Source: an uncultured Terracidiphilus sp. (GTDB lineage Bacteria > Acidobacteriota > Terriglobia > Terriglobales > Acidobacteriaceae). From it: a DNA stretch of 43,314 nt. The DNA is taken from assembly GCA_964486495.1 (NCBI GenBank), contig CAZANC010000001.1:1-43314 (forward strand), given 5' to 3'. Position 1 is the first letter of the stretch, and each line of letters starts with the position of its first letter. The position numbers and the translations under genes are program-made. Below the pieces are notes generated by a model. It saw nothing but the letters and a program-made list of their open reading frames with translations, was not told the DNA's origin and did no database searches. Positions 17,592 through 26,993 of the stretch are shown in pieces.

Positions 17592-19001
17592 ATGCGAGCA
17601 AACGTCATCCAGGAAGATCCAACCTTCGTGCAGGCCACATCCAGTAAATCTGGGTTCATGGGCGTGAGCGCCTGCGAAACGCGAAGAAATGCGCTCGATT
17701 CACGGGTGATCGGGAGGGCGAATAGATCCGACCTGGCACCAGGGCTAGAGGCCATAGCGACACGGTTGAGCAGCGACGAACAAACGAGACTTGCCGCGTT
17801 GCTCACCTTCTGCGAACCCCTCCCTCAGGATTGTTCCCGGCTCCAGACACTCTCGCTCCGCGAATGGCTCAAACTGCTGCGCTGGCTCGACGTCAGCGGG
17901 CTGGCACTCTGTTTCTACGATCGCATTTCTGAAGCGGGACGGATGGAATTGCTGCCGACTCCGATCGCGGCAGGTCTCGAACTGCGCCTTGAAGAGAACA
18001 CGCTGCGGACCCAAAGCATGCTGGCCGAATCGATCGCAATCCAGCGTGATTTTCAAAACGCCGGCCTCAGTTACGCCATCCTGAAAGGGCTTTCGTTCTG
18101 GCCCAATTCGGTTTCGCGACCGGAGCTGCGATCACAATTCGATCTGGATTACCTCGTTGCAGAAAACGACGTACCTGAGGCTCGAAGGATTCTCGCCAGC
18201 AGAGGATATCGGTTGTACGCGAGCAACGGTAGAAGCTGGGAGTTCAAACGAAATGAAAAACCGGGCGTGACGCTGAAGGATTTGTACAAAGACACTGGAT
18301 CGTTTCGAGTGGAACTGCACACTCAGCCCACTGGCGCCGGGCTTGTTTCACCGCTGGAAACATTGGAGTGGCGCGATTTCAGCGGATTCGCGATGCCTGT
18401 GCTATCGCCTGTCGATCTGCTCCTTGGCCAGGGAATGCATGCGTTCAAACACATTTGCAGTGAATATGTGCGCGCGTCACACCTGCTGGAATTTCGCCGC
18501 CATGTCCTTTTCCTCCGCAACGAGCAGGCATTCTGGGCTGAACTGCGGGAGCGTGCGCACAGATATCCGCGCGCCGCCATGGGGCTCGGAAACGTGACAT
18601 TTCTTATTACTCAGGTGATGGGCGAGTTTGCTCCCGAATCGCTGACAAGCTGGACTGCAGACCAGTTGCCTGCACCGGTCAAGCTGTGGGTCACAACATA
18701 CGGAGATCGCGCTGTTCTGGGCAACGTTTCCGGGAGCAAATTGTATCTACTGCTTAACCGAGAACTCGATCAACCCGTTCGGAGTACTCGCCGCCCAATA
18801 TGGCGGTCCCTGTTCCCCCCTTGCCTACCTCCATCGGTCATTCGTGCTTTTCCGAATGATTCGCTCTCAGTGCGCCTTGGCCGATACAGAATGCAAATCG
18901 GCCTGATCTGCAGTCGGGCGCGTTTCCATTTCATTGAAGGGTTGCGCTTAGCACACGAAGCGTATCGCTGGCGCCGGCTTTTGCATCACGGAGCGCGATG
19001 A
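17592..19001 (+). CDS. Uncharacterised nucleotidyltransferase (NTP_transf_5-like)
   Basis: ILKG...RSQFDLDYLV...GY...VELH motif series; start codon uncertain. Confidence 0.85.
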   Translation: MRANVIQEDPTFVQATSSKSGFMGVSACETRRNALDSRVIGRANRSDLAPGLEAIATRLSSDEQTRLAALLTFCEPLPQDCSRLQTLSLREWLKLLRWLDVSGLALCFYDRISEAGRMELLPTPIAAGLELRLEENTLRTQSMLAESIAIQRDFQNAGLSYAILKGLSFWPNSVSRPELRSQFDLDYLVAENDVPEARRILASRGYRLYASNGRSWEFKRNEKPGVTLKDLYKDTGSFRVELHTQPTGAGLVSPLETLEWRDFSGFAMPVLSPVDLLLGQGMHAFKHICSEYVRASHLLEFRRHVLFLRNEQAFWAELRERAHRYPRAAMGLGNVTFLITQVMGEFAPESLTSWTADQLPAPVKLWVTTYGDRAVLGNVSGSKLYLLLNRELDQPVRSTRRPIWRSLFPPCLPPSVIRAFPNDSLSVRLGRYRMQIGLICSRARFHFIEGLRLAHEAYRWRRLLHHGAR

Positions 19002-19810
19002 TGCCTGCCTTCAGCCCTGCAGCAGATGCATTTGACGCTATTGCGCCGGAGTTCGACTCCCGATTTGGCGGCTGGCAAAGTGTCGCCGCTCAACGGCGCG
19101 CCGTGCGGGCCGCACTGGTCCACACTTTTCCCGCAGGCGGCAGAATTCTTGAACTCGGTGGGGGCACGGGGGAAGACGCGGCATTTCTCGCGGCTCAGGG
19201 ATTTCGCGTGACGCTTACCGATCCTTCGCCGACCATGGCTTCGCTCGCGCGCGCCAAACTCGCTCCGCTGCGGGGAACGACGGAAATCGCTGCCGCGGAG
19301 GAGATGGAAAAGTTCGCCGAAGACCACAAATCCGTCGGCGGAGAGCTCTTCGACGGCGCATTCTCCAATTTCGCGCCCCTGAATTGCGTTGCCGACCTCA
19401 GTCCAGTCGCTTGCGGCCTGTCGCGCCTGCTCAAACCAGGCGCAGCCGCATTGCTTGTTTTGTTCGGCACATTCAGCCCAGGCGAAATGATCACTGAGTT
19501 GATTCGCGGCCGCACGCATCTCGCGTTGCGGCGCCTGCGGCGCGGCGAAGTGCCAGCGCGACTCTCAGGCCGCGAGTTTTGCGTAACCTATCATCGCCGT
19601 GCCGCGCTTGAGCATACGTTCGCGCCTTGGTTTGTGCTGGAGCGGCGAATCGGCATCGGCATCACCGTGCCCCCAAGCGCCGCCGAGCCATGGATCAGCA
19701 AACATCCGCGCTTGCTCTCAACCATGGAGATCATCGACAAACCTCTCGGTCGCCCACTCGCATTTCTCGGCGATCATGTGCTCTACAGATTCCGTCGGAC
19801 AGGCGCGTAA
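18998..19810 (+). CDS. Class I SAM-dependent methyltransferase
   Basis: ILELGGGTGEDA motif I, FDGAFSNF, LLKPGA; ATGA overlap with the upstream gene. Confidence 0.92.
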   Translation: MMPAFSPAADAFDAIAPEFDSRFGGWQSVAAQRRAVRAALVHTFPAGGRILELGGGTGEDAAFLAAQGFRVTLTDPSPTMASLARAKLAPLRGTTEIAAAEEMEKFAEDHKSVGGELFDGAFSNFAPLNCVADLSPVACGLSRLLKPGAAALLVLFGTFSPGEMITELIRGRTHLALRRLRRGEVPARLSGREFCVTYHRRAALEHTFAPWFVLERRIGIGITVPPSAAEPWISKHPRLLSTMEIIDKPLGRPLAFLGDHVLYRFRRTGA

Positions 19811-19829
19811 TAGATCACGAAGTCGTGCG

Positions 19830-19893
19830 AAACAATCGAATTACGACAACAAGACATTCTGGAGACACCGCGTCTGCGATCACGGACTACGCT
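19830..19893 (+). promoter_or_regulatory. 11-bp-period repeat array plus -10 for the ribA operon
   Basis: AAACA 19830, TTACG 19841, AGACA 19852, AGACA 19863; TACGCT at 19888. Confidence 0.68.
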
Positions 19894-19952
19894 TCATCTA
19901 CGCGCTGGCAAGGACGATTCGCGCTGAAACTTGATTTCAGAAACCCCGTCTC

Positions 19953-20684
19953 ATGATGCTAAAGCAAATTGCCGATGTGAGCTTTCCGACGTGCTGGGCG
20001 CACTTCCGCCTTCTTGGATTTGAAGCGCGTGTGACCAACATGAAAACTGGGAAAACAAATCTGGAAAGCGCACTGGCTTTAATTCTCGGAGACATCCATC
20101 GTTTTCCGCCGATGGTCCGGATTCATTCGCAGTGCGCCACCGGCGAAGTTTTCCACTCGCTGCGCTGCGACTGTCGCGATCAACTGCATCTGGGTTTAAG
20201 CCGCATTGCAGAAGAAGGCGCTGGAGTGCTGATTTACGAGCAGCAGGAGGGTCGCGGCATTGGATTGATGGAAAAGCTGCGCGCCTACGAGTTACAGGAT
20301 CATGGCTTCGACACGGTTGAAGCCAATCTCCAGCTCGGGCACGCAGTCGATTCGCGCGATTACGCGCTCGCCGTAGAAATCTTGCGTTTTTTCCAGATTC
20401 ATTCGTTGCGACTCATGTCTAACAATCCGGAGAAGATCCGTGCGGTGAAGGCATCTGGGATTCAGATTGTTGAAAGAATCCCGGTAGATGTGCAGGACAA
20501 TCCACATTGCACGCGCTATCTGGCCACCAAGCGCGAAAAGCTCGGCCATCTAACTTTTCCACCTGCGCGCTGTTTTCAGCCGGCAGAGTCTTCAAGTAGT
20601 GCTTCCCTGCTGACTCAGGCTTGCGCGGAAACGGCCACACCACGCACAGAACTACGCTCGGAGCTGCGAGGTGGCCCGTGGTAG
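19953..20684 (+). CDS. ribA: GTP cyclohydrolase II
   Basis: RIHSQC..GE...SLRCDC Zn ligands, QEGRGIGL..KLRAY, DTVEAN, LMSNNPEK, YLATK..KLGH. Confidence 0.95.
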   Translation: MMLKQIADVSFPTCWAHFRLLGFEARVTNMKTGKTNLESALALILGDIHRFPPMVRIHSQCATGEVFHSLRCDCRDQLHLGLSRIAEEGAGVLIYEQQEGRGIGLMEKLRAYELQDHGFDTVEANLQLGHAVDSRDYALAVEILRFFQIHSLRLMSNNPEKIRAVKASGIQIVERIPVDVQDNPHCTRYLATKREKLGHLTFPPARCFQPAESSSSASLLTQACAETATPRTELRSELRGGPW

Positions 20685-22165
20685 ATGTCCTGGTGACGCA
20701 CTCCTATCATCTTCCTTACGACCCCAAGCAGTTGCGCAAGATGCAGCCTTATCTGCCGCTTGCCACTCTCTACGCGGCCACGGCGCTCAGGGAAAATGGA
20801 ATCTCCGTCGCGGCGTTTGACCCGATGCTCGCCGAACCATCGGTGGGATTTCCCGCTGCCCTCGCCAAGCATCGGCCGCGCATCGTCGCAATCTATGAGG
20901 ATGACTTCAACTTCCTCTCAAAGATGTGCCTTACGCGAATGCGGGAGGTGGCATGGAAAATGGCGAGTGCCGCAAGAGCCATTGGAGCCATCGTGATCGC
21001 GCATGGTTCCGACTCAACGGATAATGCGGACCTGTTTCTCGCAAATGGTTTCGATTTCGTGCTTTGCGGAGAAGCGGAGCAGACTCTGGTCCAGCTCTGT
21101 CAGTCGATTCTGCTTGGCGAAGAGCTGCCGCCGATCGACGGGCTTGTGCGACTCGATCAAAGCGGCCGGCTCGTTCATAGCGCGGAGCGCCTGGCGAAGA
21201 ATCCGCAGTGGGCGGAGCTTCCAATTGCCGCTCGGGACCTCGTCGATCTTGAGACCTATCGCCGCGCATGGACTGGCGCGCACGGGCACTTCTCAATGAA
21301 TATGGTGTCGAGCCGTGGATGCCCCTACCACTGCAACTGGTGCGCGAAGCCGATTTCTGGAAACAAGTTTCATCTTCGTCCTGCAGCGGCTGTCGCGGAA
21401 GAAATGAGGTTCCTGAAAGAAGCCGGGGCGCACCACATCTGGTTTAGCGACGACATTTTCGCGTTGAATCAGGAATGGATGCGAGAATTCGCCGGAGAGG
21501 TTGACAAGACAGATGCGGCGTTACCATTCAAGATTCAGTCTCGCGCCAATCTGATGACTGAGGGCACTGTTCGGAATCTCAAAACTGCCGGATGCGCAGA
21601 GGTGTGGATGGGGGTTGAATCCGGATCCCAGACTGTGCTGGACGCAATGGACAAAGGGCTGAACCTCGGGTCTGTCCGTGTTGCCCGCCGGCGCCTGAAG
21701 GCCGCAGGTATCCGCGCCTGCTACTTTCTGCAATTCGGGTATCCGGGCGAAACGTGGACGGAGTTGCAGGAAACGATCGCATTCGTCAGGGATACGCGAC
21801 CCGACGATGTTGGCATCTCTTTCTCGTACCCGCTGCCCGGCACGGTGTTTTACGAACGAGTGCGGCAGCAGCTCGGCTACAAGCGCAATTGGGCTGACAG
21901 CGATGATCTCTGCGTCATGTTCAGAGCCGCATACAAGACAGATTTTTATCGCGCCGTCCGCAACGCCCTCCATGCCGAGGTGGATTCGTGGCGCCTCGAG
22001 ACAACCGCACCAAGCGATGAGTTGGAAGTGCTTTGGCATCACGTCCATGAGCTGGAGCCGGTCAGCCGCGACGAAGAGCCCTTTGAGTTCGCACAGGGAC
22101 TCGTCGCAGTCACGTCCACAACAGTTGTCCCTGTGGAACAGGTCGCGCCAGCCAGGAGCGCGTAG
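20678..22165 (+). CDS. B12-binding-domain radical SAM enzyme (class B methyltransferase-like)
   Basis: N-terminal cobalamin-binding-type domain (PLATLYAA...GEAE), SRGCPYHCNWC, FSDDIF, MGVESGS, GYPGET, YPLPGT. GTG start with GAGGT RBS overlaps the ribA end. Confidence 0.92.
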   Translation: MVDVLVTHSYHLPYDPKQLRKMQPYLPLATLYAATALRENGISVAAFDPMLAEPSVGFPAALAKHRPRIVAIYEDDFNFLSKMCLTRMREVAWKMASAARAIGAIVIAHGSDSTDNADLFLANGFDFVLCGEAEQTLVQLCQSILLGEELPPIDGLVRLDQSGRLVHSAERLAKNPQWAELPIAARDLVDLETYRRAWTGAHGHFSMNMVSSRGCPYHCNWCAKPISGNKFHLRPAAAVAEEMRFLKEAGAHHIWFSDDIFALNQEWMREFAGEVDKTDAALPFKIQSRANLMTEGTVRNLKTAGCAEVWMGVESGSQTVLDAMDKGLNLGSVRVARRRLKAAGIRACYFLQFGYPGETWTELQETIAFVRDTRPDDVGISFSYPLPGTVFYERVRQQLGYKRNWADSDDLCVMFRAAYKTDFYRAVRNALHAEVDSWRLETTAPSDELEVLWHHVHELEPVSRDEEPFEFAQGLVAVTSTTVVPVEQVAPARSA

Positions 22166-23146
22166 ATGGGGATGGCGATCAGAGATCGCGACGCGCGCTT
22201 CTCTGCAGCACGCGAGATCGTTCGAACTGAATTGACGCGGGAAATCCGCCTGCAGTGCCCTCGTTGCAGCGCCACACTCTTTTCCCTCGATTGCACAAAG
22301 TGCGGTCTCAGCTTGTGGGAAGAGCACGGCATCATTCACGCGTTGCCGCCGGCAAGAGCCGAACACTATGCACAATTCATCAGCGATTACGAGCGCATTC
22401 GCGCAGAGGAAGGGCGCGGCAGCGCGAGCGAAGAGTTCTATGCCGGGCTGCCGTTCCGCGATTCATCCGGTAAGAACAGCGGCCAGTGGCGCATCAGAGC
22501 GCGCACCTTTCGCCACCTGGCCGACCACGTATTGAGGCCGGAAATTCGCTCGGGGGAGAGAATTCTCGATCTGGGCGCAGGAAATTGCTGGTTGAGTTTT
22601 CGTCTGGCGCTTGCGGGATACAAACCAATCGCAGTCGACCTACTGACCAACAACTATGACGGTCTTGGAGCTGCGGAGAATTATCGAAGTTATCTGCCGG
22701 TTCTTTTTCCGCGTTTTCAGGCTGAGCTGGCGCACCTGCCATTTCAAGACGAACAGGCCGGCGCGGCGATCTTCAACGCATCTTTCCACTACGCCGAGAG
22801 CGATGTGGCATTCGTGCGCGAAGCATTGCGATGTGTCAGGCCGGGAGGCCTGGTCATCATCAGCGACACACCGTGGTACTCCTGCGATGAGAGCGGCAGA
22901 AAGATGGTCACCGAACGAAGAAGAGGTTTTCTCGCACGGCACGGGACTGCATCGTCGTCAATCGAGAGCGTCGAGTTCCTGACCGATGAGCACCTGCAAT
23001 CGCTTGGGGATCAACTTTCGATTCGGTGGGAGGTTATTTCGCCGCGGTACGGTTTTCGTTGGTCGATGCGTCCTTTCCTTGCGAAGATTCGCGGCCGACG
23101 CGAGCCAGCGTGCTTCCGCATTTATGTAGCAGGGAAGGCTCAGTGA
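22166..23146 (+). CDS. Class I SAM-dependent methyltransferase with N-terminal Zn-ribbon
   Basis: CPRC...CTKC, ILDLGAGNCW, 'LPF', FNASFHY, VRPGG. Confidence 0.9.
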   Translation: MGMAIRDRDARFSAAREIVRTELTREIRLQCPRCSATLFSLDCTKCGLSLWEEHGIIHALPPARAEHYAQFISDYERIRAEEGRGSASEEFYAGLPFRDSSGKNSGQWRIRARTFRHLADHVLRPEIRSGERILDLGAGNCWLSFRLALAGYKPIAVDLLTNNYDGLGAAENYRSYLPVLFPRFQAELAHLPFQDEQAGAAIFNASFHYAESDVAFVREALRCVRPGGLVIISDTPWYSCDESGRKMVTERRRGFLARHGTASSSIESVEFLTDEHLQSLGDQLSIRWEVISPRYGFRWSMRPFLAKIRGRREPACFRIYVAGKAQ

Positions 23147-24423
23147 TGGGCAGCGACAACGCCGCAGGCGATCGTTTGCGCAGGCGGACGACTGTTTTGG
23201 CCGGCGCCCGCCTTGCTGCCGGAGCCGGGAGAACCTTCTATGGATCAGTTGAAATCGCCGGAGAAAGAGTGGTCCAGATTGTGACTGCAGCTCAGCCAAT
23301 GCATTTGACTGATTGGCCCGCTGACGGAATTGATCTGAGTGGCTATCTCGTGCTGCCCGGCCTGATCAACGCGCACGATCATCTTGAGTTTTCGCTTTAT
23401 CCGCGATTGGCCGATCCGCCCTATCGCAACTACCTGGAGTGGGGCGAGGACATTCACACGAAGTTCGCCAATGTGATCGCGCGGCAGCACTCGGTGCCGA
23501 AGGAAGTGCGTCTCTGGTGGGGCGGAATTCGCAATTTGCTATGCGGCGTGACGACCGTGTGCCATCACAATCCGTTTTGGCCCGAATTGCAGAATCCCGC
23601 ATTTCCGATTCGCGTGGTGTCAAAGTATGAGTGGGCGCACTCGGTTGCTCTTGGTGGCGATCTGCGTGCGGCTCGCGCCGACCCGTTTGAGAGCCGGCCG
23701 TTTATCGTGCATGCATGCGAAGGAACCGATGATTTTGCGCGCTACGAGCTGCATCGGCTCGATGAGCTTGGCCTGCTGGATGAAAACACGGTTCTTGTGC
23801 ATGGGCTTTCAATCGGCCGCGACGGTGCTGCCCTCATCGAGGAGCGCCGCGCTTCACTCATCGTTTGCCCATCTTCGAATCACTTTCTTTACGGCAGATT
23901 CCCGCATCTTGAAGTGCTGAGCTCCATTCAAAGGACTGCGCTCGGGAACGACTCGCCTCTGACCGCCAAAGGAGATCTGCTCGATGAAGTCCGGTTTGCG
24001 ATCGATACCTGTGGAATTTCGCCCTCGCATGCCTATCGCATGGTAACGACGTTGCCAGCTTCCATTCTTCAACTCGAGAATGGCGAAGGCTCGCTGGCCA
24101 AATTCGGCGTCGCCGACTTGATCGTCGTTCGCGACACCAGCCAGACGCCCGCCGCGCAGTTGCGCAATCTTTTTGCTATGGATGTGGAACTGGTCATGAT
24201 TGGCGGCCGGGTGCAGCTTGCGTCAAACGCGCTGCGGGAACGCCTGCCGCTCCACGCGACGCATGGGCTGGAGCCGTTGACAATCGGTGAGACCGTTCGG
24301 TGGCTCCGTGCACCGGTCCGCGAACTTCTTGATGCCGCTGAGGCGGCGCTGGGCAAGGATGGTGTGCGGTTGGGCGGAAAGAAAACAGCTGTCCCTGCAA
24401 ATGAGGCGCGCTATGCAGGCTGA
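23146..24423 (+). CDS. Amidohydrolase-superfamily enzyme (nucleoside deaminase-like)
   Basis: LPGLINAHDH (HxH), GVTTV, VHACE, LVHG, CPSSN, LGNDS, ADLIVV; TGATG coupling to the upstream gene. Confidence 0.9.
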   Translation: MGSDNAAGDRLRRRTTVLAGARLAAGAGRTFYGSVEIAGERVVQIVTAAQPMHLTDWPADGIDLSGYLVLPGLINAHDHLEFSLYPRLADPPYRNYLEWGEDIHTKFANVIARQHSVPKEVRLWWGGIRNLLCGVTTVCHHNPFWPELQNPAFPIRVVSKYEWAHSVALGGDLRAARADPFESRPFIVHACEGTDDFARYELHRLDELGLLDENTVLVHGLSIGRDGAALIEERRASLIVCPSSNHFLYGRFPHLEVLSSIQRTALGNDSPLTAKGDLLDEVRFAIDTCGISPSHAYRMVTTLPASILQLENGEGSLAKFGVADLIVVRDTSQTPAAQLRNLFAMDVELVMIGGRVQLASNALRERLPLHATHGLEPLTIGETVRWLRAPVRELLDAAEAALGKDGVRLGGKKTAVPANEARYAG

Positions 24424-25768
24424 CAACAAAAGCCGGCACTTCGGCGTGCTGTCGTTTACTGGAACCGGTCACCTGAATCCGCTGATTGCTCTTTCGCTGG
24501 AACTGAAGAAACGCGGCCACAGAGTGACTTTTTTTGAGCGTGCCAAAATTGAGGGCCGTATTCGCAGTGCGGGCCTGGAATTTATCCCGATTCGCTCTCT
24601 GCTACGCGGAAAGCAAGCGCCGTCGGGCGGGAGCAGGTCCAGCATCGGGCATGAAATCGCAGCCCTGCGCTTCAATCTTGACCGTGTCGCGCGCGAAGTT
24701 GAGCATTACCTGGCGGAAACACCGGCCGCACTCGCTGAGGCCGGCGTAGATGCGCTCTTAGTCAACGAAATCGCGCTGACCGGCCCCACTGTCGCTCAGT
24801 TGCTGGGCCTGCCTTACTTTCTCATCTCCACTTCTGTCCCCCATTGCTTCGGTTGGAAGAGCTCATCATGGCTGACTGGCTATCGTTCCTCCGCAGCCGC
24901 GGTTTCCTGGCTGCAGGGATGGTTGCTCGAAGTTTCCGCCTTGCGTGTGCGGGGCCCCATCCGCCGCGTGCTCGATCGGTTCCGGCGAAGTGCGGGTTTT
25001 GGGTCCACGCGCAAGATTGCAGACGAATACCCGTGCCTTGCGCACATCGCTCAACTGCCCGAGTGCCTCGATCTGCCACACAAGCCGCGCGCAGGCAACT
25101 TCTACTACACCGGTCCCTGGCTAAGCAGCGACACAAGAGAGAAGACCGATTTTCCATGGGATCGTCTCGATGGGCGGCCCATTGCCTACGTCACCATGGG
25201 AACCACCCGCAACGCGCAGCCAACGATTCTGAGGATGATTGCCGAGGCGTGCCGCGATCTTGACTTGCAACTCGTCATCTCGCTCGGCAATCGATTTGAT
25301 CCAGAAGAGTTCAACGATTTGCCAGGGCGTCCACTGGTGACGGCGATTGCACCGCAGCTTGAATTGCTGAAGCGCGCGACGATTGCCGTCACACATGGCG
25401 GCCCAAACACCGCATTCGAGGCATTGATGGCCGGCAAACCGATGGTCGCTATTCCATTGGCTTACGATCAACCGGCCATTGCCGCGCGTCTCAAACGGCT
25501 GAAGGTCGCGGAAGTGCTCCCTGTTATGCGCTTGTCGACTGGGCAAATCCGGAATGCGGTGGCCAAGGTTTTAAGAGACCCGCAATACCGCGAAGCGGCC
25601 GAACGGGTGGGGGTGGCGATGCGATCGACTCAGGGATCAAAGTACGCGGCAGACATCATCGCGGTGGAACTCGCGGGGTACGAAGCAGAGCGGCAATTGA
25701 CGGCGCGGCCAGAACGGCCATTCGACGAGCGCGTGCGGCCGACATCCGGCGCTGTAACTGCTTCATAG
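24413..25768 (+). CDS. GT1-family (MGT/CrtX-like) small-molecule glycosyltransferase
   Basis: GHLNP N-terminal motif; APQLELL...THGGPNT.FEAL..GKPMV.IP...DQ donor-binding box. Confidence 0.92.
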   Translation: MQADNKSRHFGVLSFTGTGHLNPLIALSLELKKRGHRVTFFERAKIEGRIRSAGLEFIPIRSLLRGKQAPSGGSRSSIGHEIAALRFNLDRVAREVEHYLAETPAALAEAGVDALLVNEIALTGPTVAQLLGLPYFLISTSVPHCFGWKSSSWLTGYRSSAAAVSWLQGWLLEVSALRVRGPIRRVLDRFRRSAGFGSTRKIADEYPCLAHIAQLPECLDLPHKPRAGNFYYTGPWLSSDTREKTDFPWDRLDGRPIAYVTMGTTRNAQPTILRMIAEACRDLDLQLVISLGNRFDPEEFNDLPGRPLVTAIAPQLELLKRATIAVTHGGPNTAFEALMAGKPMVAIPLAYDQPAIAARLKRLKVAEVLPVMRLSTGQIRNAVAKVLRDPQYREAAERVGVAMRSTQGSKYAADIIAVELAGYEAERQLTARPERPFDERVRPTSGAVTAS

Positions 25769-26779
25769 TTGCAGCGTCAGGCTTTCGAGCGCTTCGATGC
25801 CGTCTTGTAGATGGCAGTACCGCAATTCATAGGCGGGAATGTCCCAGAGCACTCCCAGGATTTCTTCGTGCCGGGCGCGGATCTGGCCCGTCGAATAAAG
25901 CTCGCGACGCATGCGATTGGTCACCGTTCCCGGCGGCTGCCGAATCAGGCGGCACCCTGAGCCTGAATGGCGTTCGAGAAAGACGGCTGCGTGAATATCC
26001 GCTTCGGCGGAAGTGTGTTTCACAGGAAGCTCGACGATCGGAACCTCAATCGATAGCTTCCCTTCCATCCGCGGGACGATCGCCCGCCCCTCAAGTTCCG
26101 GGAAAAGAACACGGGCCGCAGGGCGGAAGCGAGCCCGATGCGAGTGCCCGATGACCCGCGGACTCGCTGCATCGTTGATCAGGTAAGTTGTATCGTCCGA
26201 CGTATAGGTCCATCCGGCGCGGGCGCACGCGTAGGCTAGCGTTGACTTGCCTGCACCCGATTGCCCGCAGAGCAGAATCCCTTTGCCGTTTCTGCTGACG
26301 CATGCCGCGTGAAGGTCGGTAACCACGGAAGCGCCGAGGAGCAGATAGACGACCTTTTCCAGAAAGTTGGTCCGGAAATAGAGCTCGTCTTTCAGGACAG
26401 CTTGGGTCACGCAAGTGAAGCTCACGCCGGCTTCCAGATCGAGAAGCGCCTGATTATCGCCGTCCGCCACGAGCGAAAACAGGCGACCGAATGCTCGGCG
26501 CATCGGTTCAGGCGGGCAGACAACGCCCTCTTGATAAGTGACGCCAACCCGCACCTGCAAATGCATCGGCCGCCCCGATGGTTTCGCATGGCCGAAGCTT
26601 TCTTCGGCGGCAGCAATAACTCTGTGGTCATTCGTAGCAATCTCTACTGAGTATCCAAGTGGATAAAAGCTTTTGCAATAGGGCAAGGACATTTCGCAGA
26701 GGAGGGCATCCTGCGGCCTTGACAAGACGCACGTGTCGACCGGTGCTGATCCTGTTTCCTGCATCGAGCTCGTTTCCAT
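25763..26779 (-). CDS. HPr kinase-related P-loop kinase
   Basis: LHAACV...GILLCGQSGAGKSTLA...WTYTSDD. Confidence 0.85.
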   Translation of the reverse strand: METSSMQETGSAPVDTCVLSRPQDALLCEMSLPYCKSFYPLGYSVEIATNDHRVIAAAEESFGHAKPSGRPMHLQVRVGVTYQEGVVCPPEPMRRAFGRLFSLVADGDNQALLDLEAGVSFTCVTQAVLKDELYFRTNFLEKVVYLLLGASVVTDLHAACVSRNGKGILLCGQSGAGKSTLAYACARAGWTYTSDDTTYLINDAASPRVIGHSHRARFRPAARVLFPELEGRAIVPRMEGKLSIEVPIVELPVKHTSAEADIHAAVFLERHSGSGCRLIRQPPGTVTNRMRRELYSTGQIRARHEEILGVLWDIPAYELRYCHLQDGIEALESLTLQL

Positions 26780-26830
26780 CGTGTGCCGAATTGCCTATGG
26801 CGGCGCCGAAATCCCACCGCTGCCACCACT

Positions 26831-26883
26831 GTGATAGCAGCCTGACGCCGCCAAAGTGTCAGCGAATTGTTTTTGCTCTGTCA
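26831..26883 (-). promoter_or_regulatory. 11-bp-period repeat array for the HPr-kinase-like gene
   Basis: Plus strand TGTCA 26857, TGTTT 26868, TGTCA 26879; imperfect -10 TATCAC at 26836-26831. Confidence 0.6.
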
Positions 26884-26993
26884 CTGCACTGGAGCGATGC
26901 CAAGCTGCGAAATATTAAACCCATACTTGGAACCAGGCGTGAAGGCTGATTTGCGGGCGGAGATCAATCCTCGATCCCTGCCCGTTTTGAAGC

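Noticed and set aside
24413-25768. Carotenoid (crtX) or hopanoid pathway assignment for GT1 and radical SAM
   Set aside because: No crt, shc or other isoprenoid genes are in the window; family-level similarity alone is insufficient.
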